Below are positions 49,932 through 61,706 of a stretch of DNA of 64,000 nucleotides, one piece after another (the first letter of the stretch is position 1; the number at the start of each line of letters is the position of its first letter). The notes under the pieces were generated by a model. The model was not told the origin of the DNA. It searched no databases and saw nothing but the letters and a program-made list of their open reading frames with translations. The position numbers and the translations under genes were made by a program. Origin of the DNA: Phoronis australis (Eukaryota; Animalia; Phoronida); assembly GCA_002633005.1 (NCBI GenBank), contig NMRA01000008.1:1069974-1133973 (forward strand), read 5' to 3'.

Positions 49932-51281
49932 TGTTGTAGACGTGCTTCCGGTGAATCATATATGAGCCTCTGTTAGCCACTTGCTAACGGGCAATTGCCT
50001 ATTAGCTGAATGGTTAGCACGCTTGCCAGTTTTATGGGGGTCGCTGGTTCGATCCCCGGGTCGGGTAATCTCGGCTATTACTACAAATGGCGTAGTTGGC
50101 AAATGGATAATCTACCGATGAAGCACTGCCAACTAGTTGTACCCGCGGACCTCGGGATGGTGCGCATGGAAGGTTGCACGAGTCAAGGACCTGTGTATGA
50201 CTATGAGAGACTACTTTGTGTTCACCAGTGTGTTGTGGTGGTAAAAGTACCAAGGGACGTTGATGACCTACGTATGGGAGAAATCCTGGTGTTCACGTTC
50301 CTGGTGGCGTGCCCGTTCCGTAAGAAAGGGGGGAATGTTGTAGACGTGCTTCCGGTGAATCATATATAGTCCGGTTACCTATTGTCATCAGGCTCCAAAG
50401 GTCGTCCGCCATCTTGTTTCGCGTGCAGCGCAACCACACGGGACTTAGCGTTCCAATTTGGAGTGCTCGTGTGCACGTTAGGTACTAACTTATCGGAAGA
50501 GACACGTATCAAAGTAATGAGACAAAAATCGGTGAGTTTACCGATTGTTTTTTAAAACCACTTAAAAATCAGTAGATTTTACTAATACACTTTTTTGTGC
50601 GTTTTCAGAAGATGTTTTCGAATTTAAATTTTCTTCCGACGGGACACAAAACATGATCCAGGGTTTGTTTATGCAATGTATCTGTTTGTCCCAGGCACTA
50701 GTAGGATCTAGAAGGCCAAAGGAAAAATCCGCAGACAAATGCGATACGCTGGGTTCTTAACATTTTTGCCTCACGTTCACCATTAAACTGCATTGAAATG
50801 TTGACCAATTGGCTTTTATTGGAAACCACAGTGCAGAGCTCAACATCAAAACTTCAAATCGAGTTTATGTCAATAAAAACAGGCTGTTGCAATTTTCATT
50901 ACTTCGTTGGCCTTTTTCTGCATGTTTCTCAGTTTTTACAAAAGGGGGCAGCATATGACGAACTTAGGTGTCACAATAAAATGGCTGCCGAAGGCAGTGC
51001 ACATTTGAAATAACTCGGCACAAATTAAAGAAAACTTCCGAATCGATGAATGCGGTATATCTGTGAGAGTTAAATCGAATCCTATTCAGATCATAACTTT
51101 GAAGTGGAATAATTCGGTGAGTACAACAGCAAGTCGGTTTTATGCTTAGGCGGACGACCATTGGGTTCCCCAGTATATAGCCTCTATTAGCCACTCGCTA
51201 ACGGGCAATTCCCTATTAGCTGAATGGTTATGGGGGTCGCTGGTTCGATCCCTGGGTTGGGTAATCTCGGCTATTACTACA
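49932..51281 (+). mobile_element. TRIM-type non-autonomous LTR retrotransposon with tRNA-like LTRs (Helenus-like)
   Basis: 5' LTR 49932-50085 (TGT...ACA); PBS tggcgtagttggca at 50088; PPT aagaaaggggggaa at 50322-50335; 3' LTR 50336-51281, split by an insertion; flanks ccag/acag. Confidence 0.85.
50367..51175. mobile_element. About 0.8 kb non-autonomous DNA element inserted in the TRIM 3' LTR
   Basis: Imperfect terminal inverted repeats (tagtccggttacctattgtc / tactggggaacccaatggtc); TA-rich target; near-identical pieces at 21977-22297 and 23699-23723. Confidence 0.8.
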
Positions 51282-51517
51282 ACAGTTTCATCCAGTGAAT
51301 AACTGGCTCGTTATTCAGTGATTGCCTGGTTGACATTATCACTCAGGCCAGTCAGGGACCGCTATATCCGACCAGTGCCGACGAATTGTTGTTATGGAGA
51401 ACCCCTTGGCGGAACAGAGCGCGGTAAGTACTCGTGCCCTACGACACAAGCTCGAGGGAGTTCACCACAGAACATTCCAAATTGCCACAAGAACGACTTA
51501 CAAAATTAGATTCACTG

Positions 51518-51650
51518 ACTTACCCTGATTAACAATCACTCGATGTACCTATAAATGCGTACCAAGTTGGCCTTGAAAATAATGAGCGTTAACGTATTAT
51601 TCCGTTTCAACTGTAAATTTGCTCAAGAGGTAGCGCTGCTGTGCGTGAAC
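51518..51650 (-). promoter_or_regulatory. Candidate first non-coding exon / TSS region of KANSL3
   Basis: Consensus donor cagg|gtaagt with the intron starting at 51523; the upstream boundary is a guess. Confidence 0.3.
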
Positions 51651-52096
51651 TTGGAATACACGAGGAAACTCGACAAGTTAACTAAAACAATCAAGGTCAC
51701 GTTTGATAAAATTATGCACTGAACCAAATCATTTTGATTAAAATTACCCAAATTTTGACCCATCTTTTTTCAACTATTGTCTAATTTAATTTAACCATTC
51801 ACATTTTCCTCCGATTGTTTGACACAAGTTACGGAAAAGGGGAAAATGTGTTATCATGAGGTCAATAATTACAAAAATTCTTTACACTCATCAAAAAAAA
51901 TATTTCACCTGATTGCCTAATATATATAGGTAAATAAAACAACAATAATGGATCAACTGGAATTTTCGGATATAATCACATCCTTTGTCAACAGAAACAG
52001 AAATAAAGTGAAATCAAACACGACATGACAAATGACATCTGATATTTGACGTAATGGACCAAGTAGATTGTTGCGGAAAAAAGTAAAGGATGTGAT

Positions 52097-53835
52097 TTAA
52101 GAGGTCTTTATGTTTAATCCATTGGGTTCAAGAGTGTTAATTTTATCTATCCAAAGTTGTTCTCGTTTGAGTCTGTAAGAGGTACTGGGGTATTGGAGAT
52201 TATCTATTATTTGAACACAGAAAGATCTTGTAGATTATGGTTTTTGGTATTGAAATGATTACCTATAGTATCAGAAATGTTTTTATGTATTGTCTTAAAT
52301 CTATGATTGCAAAACCGAGAGTGTAGATTATGTTGAGTTAGTCCTACATACTGAATGGGACATTTACTAAATATTATTAGGTAAATGATATTGCTGGGGG
52401 TGCAGTCAGAATAATGTTTTATTTCGAAGTTTTCGTTGGTTTGAGAAGATTGAAAGAAAGTATTGTCGTCGATAAAGTTACACATTTTGCAACTAGATCT
52501 GTTACATTGCGTGTTGCCAATAGGTTTGTCAGTTTGGTCTAATTGTCCATATTCGCTCTAATTAAATATTTTTAGGCTTTTACATTTTCTCCAAGAAATT
52601 ATAGGTGGATGAGGAAATAGGTGTTTCATTTGAGGGGAAATATCCAGAGTGGAAAGGTGTTTTCTGAAGACGTGGCTAATTCCGTTTAAACATGGATTGA
52701 ACATGGTTATGAAAGGTATTTCATTATTAGTATTATCTTTCGTTTTAGTTCTTAAAGATTCATTTCTTGTGACTGAGTGGACTTTGTCAAACTGTTTGTG
52801 TATAAGATGTAAGGGGAAATGGCGTTGAAGTAAGTAATGTTTGAGTTCTTTTAAATGTTTATTAAAAGCAGTTTCGTCTGAACGAATGCGTCGAATTTTA
52901 AGTGCAAGACTATATGGAAGGCTTTTCTTACAGTGAAAGGGATGACATGAGTGATATGACAGATATTGGTGTTAGTCAGTTTCTTTACAGAATAAGTCCT
53001 TTTCTAGTTTATAATTACTAAGGATAACAGTGACATCTAGAAATGAAATTTTGTTTTGAAAGATGTGGGTGAACTTTATAGTGGGGTGAAATTTCTTAAC
53101 ATTTTCTAAGAATACATGTAATTTTTGCGGGCCATGGGTCCAGATCATAAAAACGTCTTCAGTGTACCTCAGCCAGAGAAGAGGTTTTCCGGAGCAAGAT
53201 TTGATGAAAAGTTGTTTTCAAGATTTCCCATAAAAAGATTGGTAAAAGTAGGGGCAACTCTAGTACCCATAGCTGTGCCTAATATTTGGAGATAATGTTT
53301 ATTATTAAAGGTGAAGTGATTCGTGTTAGGTACATGTTCAAGAAGAGAGCGAATGAAAGATGTAGGTACGTTAGGATTATTACGTTGACTACGAAATTTG
53401 ATGCGGGCTTCTATGCCTTCATGTTGAGCAACATTAGTGTATAAGCTTTTAACATCAAGAGTTCCTAGAAGGGCATTTTTAGACAAATCGTTGATGTTTT
53501 TAATTATATTAAGAAAATAATTTGTATCTTTAACATATGAAGGAAGGATGGAGACAAATTTATGAAGATGCTACTGGGCAAATTGAGATTTTTTTCAGTA
53601 GGGCAGTTGTTGGCTATAATCGGACGTCCAGTATTACCTTCTTTGTGGATTTTAGGAAAGAGATAAAAGCGACTGGGTTGAGCATTATTAGGAATGAGGT
53701 AGTTTTTAGTGTCTTTGTCAATGTGACCACAGTGGAAAGCGTTCAAAATAGTTTTAGTTACATGCTGATATGCTTTGTGTTGGGGTTATTGTCTAAAAGT
53801 TTGTAGTGTGCAGTTTCGTTTAAGTTGCCGGAGAG
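52097..53835 (-). mobile_element. Decayed, 5'-truncated Penelope-like retroelement (RT + GIY-YIG endonuclease)
   Basis: FYLFPKIHK; LDVKSLYTNV; GTAMGTRVAP; catalytic motif degraded to RYTED; NIIYLI...QYVGLT...RFCNH; terminal PNGLN; multiple frameshifts and stops. Confidence 0.92.
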
Positions 53836-56800
53836 GACATGGATCGAAAGGCCGTGATATTTCCTTGATTGCTTCAGATCAAGTTCTGTAAACCCTTTGG
53901 GCGTCGAGCATATTCCCAAACAATAATCAATTGTCAGTTCTTTCCAACGCCAGCAACCACTCACATCCCCGAGTCATTCCGAGTACTGATATCCTCCGTA
54001 GCAAGTCTAAATCAGTTAAAAGATATACGGTTCTCTAACGGAACGCTGGACTCAGTCCTCGAAGGATTCATATTCATTTGTTCTCCATAATTATTTTTTA
54101 TCCAATTGTGTCGTATTGTATCATGGGGGGCTTATTCCTAGACCCAAGTATATAGCATCTGCGTACCAAGAAAGAGAGTTGAGAGATCCCGCCCTCCCTT
54201 CAGAGCCGGGTGCCTAGTAACCCCTTTGCCGGTATATTTATCGGCTCCATCCCTTTCCCTATTTTGGGATTCATCTACAATCCGTTCCATTTTGCTCGGT
54301 GCGTAGATGATTAATCTAACCATTTTAAAGGCCGTTTTAAGTTGGAAAAGGAAATATCTACCATAGGTGCAAAAGAGCGCGCCGAGTTCCGGAACTTGAT
54401 CCAATTTGAATATTTCTTAGTACATCTGGCGGCAGTTGACCGAAAATTCGGTTCTCGATTATTTCGGAAGTTTTACGATCGTTTTCGTAGTAATTGTCAA
54501 AAAAAACAATGAAAAATATTAGAATAGTGATGCCTATATGGGGCGTGCAAACCAGAGTGCACCTGGTCCCTCAAAACTTCCTGAAAAGTACGGCTTACGC
54601 GTAATAATTTTGTAATACACAGAAGACGGTCACGTTAATTGGAGTCACGCTCCTGAGATTGTCTGTGCTACGATTTGTACGTTTGTCACTGTGGCTGGAT
54701 AGCGTTTAAATGACAGCCAATCGTAATCTGAAGCACTGACAAAAAACATATTGTGAGGCCCATCCGTACTTTCTTGCGCAAGCTAATGTTAGTGATTGTC
54801 TTGATCCGGTCAGTTTCAGTTTAGATCCTCGACTCCTTCACGGTGCCGACAGTGGGCTGTGTAACGCAATGGGAGAGTATTTAGCCCTATGCCCCTACTA
54901 GAAATACGCATACCTGCTCAAGATTGCACGCACAGGCGATTGCTCACAAGGTTCGCGCATAAACACAGTTGTCTTTGGTGAAAGTTAATGTTGGTCACGT
55001 GGTGTTTAGTAATTACTGAAATACGTTAAAATTAAAACTAGAATGTCAACGTTTACCGTTTGGGGGCTTGTATGTCAATCTTAAATAGCTTCTTAGACTT
55101 ACAGTTGACTAATAAAAATGAGTAAGAAATTAAGATTTCCCCCACATTTTTATTATTGACTCAATTCATACGGCATAGCCAGCCTCTATACCACCACAGA
55201 TCTGTTCATTCAGGGCGGCGATATACGTAAAACACAATGCACATTTTTTTGAAAAGGATAAAGGATACTAAACACTGCTTTAGCCAATTAACGGAAATTA
55301 ACGAAGACTACATCAAGAAAAATAATGACACTTCGAAACCTCCACCAACCTTCAAAAGTTCGCTGCAAATTCAAAAACTCCGTAAAATGTCTGCTGATTA
55401 GAAAGCATGGCTAACGCATTAAACTGTGGGGCGATACCGTCCACCTCGATCTACAGCATCCACTTTGAGACAGAACAAGGGAATTTAAGCTTAGAATGAT
55501 GCCTTTCTCTCAGAGAGGTTCAAGGCTTAGGGACGAGCAGGTCGGAAATAAGTGTCGTCATGAGTGGGTTCTTTTCTTGTAGTGAGTCGGCGCGAAATCG
55601 AAATAACTGAATGTCAACCAGAGGAGGGCTTCTTGAAGACCAAAGCACTTGTGCTGGGATCAACCCTTCCAACGTGGCAACCCCTGCGAAAGCATGATAG
55701 ACCTATATTATTGCCTCCCTGCCGAGTTCACATTCGGTAAAATATCATGTGCGCGGGATCCCCACAGAGCTGAGAAATGTGCGACCTTCGCCTAGCAAAA
55801 TTCGGGGACTGGTATCGCAGAAACGGAGGAATATAGGATTGATTTCAAAATATTTAGTGGTTAAGTAACAAAAGCAACTAAGCATATACAACTCCGCGGC
55901 CACAAAACTGAACTCGGAGAATTTCGTGGAAATGGTGCCAAATATCGTATCCTACCCGATTCTACTGTGACGCCCTTCCTCTGCGTGCTGTGCTGGCTCA
56001 TCTTTTCTGTGTTTGGACTTGGGACATAGTGTGTTGAGCATTTTCAGTCGTGAAAAAGGGTCAAATCAAAAACCTAAAAATTCGCAAAAAGGAGTAGAAA
56101 TTCTGACCATCGTTCGCACATGGGTATCTAGGTAGTATTACACTGACATGTCGAACGTGCGTCTACAATGACTGAATAATCCGCTGGCCGTTGGAGGAAT
56201 TTATTTAGTGTTTTCCACGAGAAAAATCGTTGTAGTCCAATGGGAGATTGGTTTGTAGGACATGTCAGCCCTGATAAAGTTGTACCTGGAATTTCCGAAT
56301 GTGAGCTCCCATTTTCAAAAATTTTGCTAAAGAGCTCTCGTCACGAATGCATTTTTGTCCTGTCAATTTTACTTATTGGCTTCCTCCCAGATAACTAAAA
56401 TGCGCCCACGAATGACACAATATCGGGTGAAATTCGCTACGATAGTCTTCTGTGCTTTAGAGTGACGTTGGGTTCATTATTAATTGTAGGTCAACTTTGT
56501 AGGAAGAATTTTTTTCTACTTTGTACAGTGCGCCTGCCTCAAGCCCATCCGTTAGTACATCGGTCTCTGTCATTCTTGTATTGACAGCGTTGAGTCCCGC
56601 TTGTGGTCGGGTAATTAAATAACGGTCACAATTACCGTCATGTCTCAATGTGACAATGTAAAGCAACTTGAACCTGTTTTGGATTGACTTCAGTTACACC
56701 ACCTTTGCTCTCTGTTGCATAGTTCCATTGCATGTGACCCAAGATTCAAGTAATTCACGCTTTCTCGTCGTAAAGTCACGTACGGGATACTCTTAGACGT

Positions 56801-57582
56801 ATGAACTAATTTAATCGCATAGTTGAATGATTTGTAAACTACACGCAAGTTTTGCGGCGTCCCTTTACTTTGTTCACAAAACAGCAAAAGACTGGTAGGA
56901 GTAATAAACTGCCCAAGAATTTCTCATCGCAGTTTCAGAAAATGTGTCTTGCATGAATTATTTTCTCAGGTTTCCGCAGATGTGGAAATTCCCCGTATGC
57001 TCCGCTGGTAACTGACGGTCGTCTGTTCACTATCGTCAAGTAAGCCCAGTGGCCCTGGCGTAAATTACGCTTCCGCATACAGTGGACGTTAACTGAAAAG
57101 CGTGGTGCGAAGACTGAGCCGGGACAAATTGTTCAGAGTAATACAAAATCTCATAAATGGTAAATAGATTTTCTCAATTTCTTATCAGTTTTATGGGCGT
57201 AGAAAACGATCACTTTACACTGAACTTGTGAAACTATTCCAGAAATGGACCTAATATCTACGTCATGGACCATCACTCTCGTTGAAGGAATTCTGTCAGC
57301 GAAAAAAGTAATTCTCTGAGACCTGCCTCATCGCGAAGTCAAACGTGCAATCACCACGTTTGCAACCTATGAACACTCTTTGCTGTCGCAGCTATATCCC
57401 ACCCGATAAATGGCAGGTTCAAGCGTACTTAAAGAGAAATTATCGACGAGAAAAGGGATTTTCTGAGATCAGCTTCAGCGCCGCGGAATCGAAACTTCAT
57501 CCCCCACCCCCGCGTTTGCAGCCTAACGCTCTATTGGCGTAGCTAAATTCCACTCGTATTTTATTAACTGGTTAAGTCGCAG

Positions 57583-57980
57583 GCCTTGATTTCATCGAGT
57601 CTCAGGCAGACAACGGCGAGGATTGGCGATTTGTAATAAAATCACAAAAACACGACGCTTTTTGTTGCTTTACAGCTTTTCTCAAAGCTAATAACTTCGA
57701 AAAGTTTATCGCATCCATCAATACCCCCAAAGTGCGTTTTCGGCCGTAAAGGTGATAGTGTCGCAGTAACTGGTAATGTCACGTGGCTTGATTTCAGTAG
57801 AATGTCTGGCAGACAACGGTGAAAATTGACGATTTCTTATAAAATCCGAAAACACAACAGATTTTTTTGTTTTATAGCTTTAGTCCATTCTAATAACTTC
57901 GAGAACTGTAATCCCATCCAATCCAATAATAATTCCAAAATGTGTTTTTCGGCCCTAAAACCCGACAATGTACCTTTAAA
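57583..57980. repeat. Two tandem ~200 bp copies of a TTAA-ended (Kolobok-like) repeat; inverted copies near 13189-13380 and 44650-44830
   Basis: Shared gaatgtctggcagacaacgg...aaaatc block; terminus cctttaa. Confidence 0.5.
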
Positions 57981-60900
57981 TCCAGGCTCATTATCTTTGG
58001 CTAAACTGACAACTTTGTCTTTTGTCAGGCCTGTTGTTCCCACAGAATAAAAGTTTCGTAACAAAACGGCTGCGTGTGTAATATTAAACGCAGTGTTCCC
58101 TTGCGCATAGTAGATGGCCCAAAGATATTTTCGGCAAGTACGCATCGACCCATGACTCAGTTATACGCTACCCGATGGGTAAATCGTGGCTTTTTTCAAT
58201 GCATATTATGACAGAAAAATGTTATATTATAGCTGTTATTGGGCCTACCATCAAAATTAAACAATGCCAATTGTCGGAAAATTAAAGCCCGAAACAAACT
58301 TGCCTTCTGAAGAAAAAACTTTTCGTTAAGTCATTTGATCACAACTGTTATGAAACTGTATTTTATTTGTTCCTGACTCAAATTTGAGGTGATTTCAAGG
58401 CTAGTTGGAAAGAACTAGGGGTTCTTTTTGTTTGAGACCACAAAGCTCAACAACTGGAGTTGATTGACCGGCTTGCGACATTCATTTTATATACGTTGAC
58501 GGAATACGCGTTTTTAGTAGATTTACATCAATCCAAGTTTTTAATTTATGGGGTAAGAGATGTATCTGTACATAAACTGTTGTCAGCCAATTTTGTGTTA
58601 CAATAATGTACTCGAATGAGTTATAGGAACGATACGTGTTCAATATAACGTACGCGAACGAGCCATCTTTCCGCAATACGACAGCTTTGCCACCGAGTCG
58701 AGAGATAAGCGCATAATGGGATGCCACGGCACACCCCTTGTATGGCGAGTAGACTAGTCCATTAAGGCGAGGGACGAAAAACAATTCAGAGGCCGTGTGC
58801 TATTATTCCTAGCTGACCCAAGTCTGAAAGGTGTCATTGTCTTCTGGCCAGAGGTTAAGAGAACCCTAAACTTTGCCTCAGTTAAAGTGCAGGTGAGTTG
58901 TTGCTCCTTTTATCCGTCGATTGAACATTAAACTAACACTGAATAGGTTAAGTTACGAATGTTAACTCTGCCATAATAAGAACATAATAGGTCACCAGTG
59001 GTATTTATCTTACGATGTGAAGCTCTATAATAGTGGCAGCACGGTGATTGCTGACGCTATTGTGACGCTATTGTGCTTGCTGTAAGCGGTCTTTTGTAGC
59101 CTTTTAACCCGTTACACAACTGTATAGTCAGTGGCTACTCTTGCGTTACGCTGACTTTAGGACGTAGCAAGGGTTAACTAACTTTTATCGCTATATTGCC
59201 GCCGAGTGACATTAAAACTGACGAACTTTATCACAATTCACCTCGGGCATGGATAACCCATTCATGAACGAAGTAATATGCAGACGAGTGCCTGCGGGAC
59301 GATAGATGGAACCTTGTTTTACTGTGAATCGCCCATTGTTCTCGGGCGTGTTATAGGTAGGTACACACTTAGGACATATTTACATCTGTTATAGCCACGA
59401 CTGTGGATGACGGAGATACATCCCGCAATATACTCGTTCAACAAACATCTGAGCCTTGGTCTGTGGAAGGAGACAGGTTTCGTCCGTTCAAATCCAGCGT
59501 TAGCGTGATAATTAATGAAGGGGACACAGCTCACGGTTCAATAACCGGGTGCAGTTCCGCTCATTGGTCTTTCAGCAGCTGTGTTTTAGGCAGTTATCCA
59601 AAGTAGGTCTCTGATGTGCCTGGTGATTGCTTACTTTAGTAAAGACCGTGCCTGTCACTGGATTATACAAAATTGACAGCTGTTATCGATGAGATGGACT
59701 CACACATTTGCGCCTGAACTCGTGTGTTTGCGGTTTGAGGAACTTTTCTTTCCTTATTAGGACCTTTGGGTTATGAGTCCTTTTAACTTACTGTGAATAT
59801 TTGCCGAATTCACCACCGGTGAGGCAAATACTTTTGATTTTGACTTAACACTGTCTTCTCTTATCCCTCTACGCAAAATGTTACTTATTTTCACAGAGTT
59901 CCTTTCTACTAGTAGATGTTGGTTTTATGTTGTTATCGATAAAGTTGCACGTGTTGTAGTCTTGTAGAATAGAATGAATCTTCGAAGCGCAATTGCGGGT
60001 CAACTACTTCGATAAAGACACTGACAAACTCTGACCCTTATGGCTAATACGATTCGTATTTACTCGATTTGGCGCACACGTCTCCCTCTAATTGAAATTT
60101 GATCTTCGTATGAGATTGTGTGGATATTTTTCTCAGAGACAGGTGACGTGCAACTTAAGTAAACAGATGTGTATCCATGTAAACAAAAACAGAATGTGTA
60201 TTTCCCCTCCTTGTGAACAGTCAATCTGTTATTTGCCGAATGGAGTCCTGGCGAAATAGGATTGTTTTTGGCCTTGACCACGAACTGCAATAAACATTTA
60301 TTTTCTTGGCAAGGGCCGGATGTATTCGCGGGTGAACGCGGTGGGGCATCTTCCCGAAGTCAGGTGACGCGTCTCCTCCGCCAGTAAAAATTTCAATTTC
60401 CCACACTATTCTCTCCAAAGTTCAATGAAATATCCCGCATTGTTTCATTTCTACAACAAAGGAGAATATGCTTGCAGTACTACGTTTCGGTGGTTACGTC
60501 TTCTCGGTTCAAGCGTGCCCTACTATTTTTTTCTGGAACCACAATTTCTTGATTGTTTCCATTCTCTATGATTTCCTCATCCCTCGGTCAGGTGGATGCC
60601 AAATGTGTTGCCTCTTGTGTTAAGTTTACGTCTCCAGTATTGGTTGAATGTGTTACGATCGACGAAATTCTCAGTGAAGAGTTCCTCTCGTACAAACGAA
60701 ACCATTTTCCAATATCCTCGTTACGGGGCTTTTAAGTGTTTATGAGCATCGGTGAGGACACAGTAAATTAAATGATGTTGAACCCAAACAATCGCATGGG
60801 CTAATCTTTATTTGCTAAACTGAGTGCTCATTTTACAATCCAAAGAGTTACGTTACATGTAAATTCTTTACAATGCCAATACAAAATGTTAGGGCTTGCA

Positions 60901-61287
60901 TCTGACAGTGTTCATTCGCCAAAATCTTGTTATGCAGTGATCAAAATGTATGCGATACGTAAATTCCGCTGCCTAGACCAATGTTTAGGTTGTACAACTA
61001 ACATATGGGAAGGAAAGTTGTACAAGATGGACCTTCGTATTTCTTCATTGGAAATTAAGTCTATGTGCAAAACATCTTGACAAGATCAAGGAGTTGCCTA
61101 CAGCCGTTTTTGGATCGAGTTACCGTATCTGACATAGGTAACTTGCACATGAGACTGTTTATTGTTTTGTGCACGTCGTGAACGCAACAGTTCTTTACTG
61201 TAGCCGCTTTCACTTGGATTGTAAACAGCTTGTATATTTTGAAATGCATCAACGCCAACAAACAGAACTCCAGTGCGACCTGGACTA

Positions 61288-61706
61288 CAGGGATTTTCCG
61301 TAGATAAGCCTACCCGATGAAACGCTCATCGGAAAATTATGCCGAACTAACGTCTATGGGCGTTTATATGGTGTTACAACTTCTAGTGTCAAGTGTCCAG
61401 ATAGTGAGGCGTTTATTCGGGGAAAATTTCCTCTTGAAAGTTCTCTCAGCGTCAACTTTTAGTTTTTCAGTTTTATGGAGCATTTATCATTCATAAAAAT
61501 GAACAAAGTGTTGGCGAACTATGTATTTATTAACTTAAAATCAAAAAGCACAATTTTATGCAAAAACTCACTGATATTTTCATATCAGCCGTGGCTATGA
61601 TTTTCCGTTTACACGCCCCCATTTTCCGAATTTGGTGTTACTGAAGCGCCTGAAAATTTTTATTTTCCTAGTACGCGCCCATGGGTTTATCTACGGAAAA
61701 TCCCGG
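61288..61706. mobile_element. Tc1/mariner-type MITE
   Basis: ta|cagggattttccgtagataagcc ... gggtttatctacggaaaatcccgg|ta. Confidence 0.8.

Noticed and set aside
49997-50068. Functional tRNA gene
   Set aside because: A and B boxes are present but the acceptor and anticodon stems pair poorly, and it is duplicated as part of an LTR.
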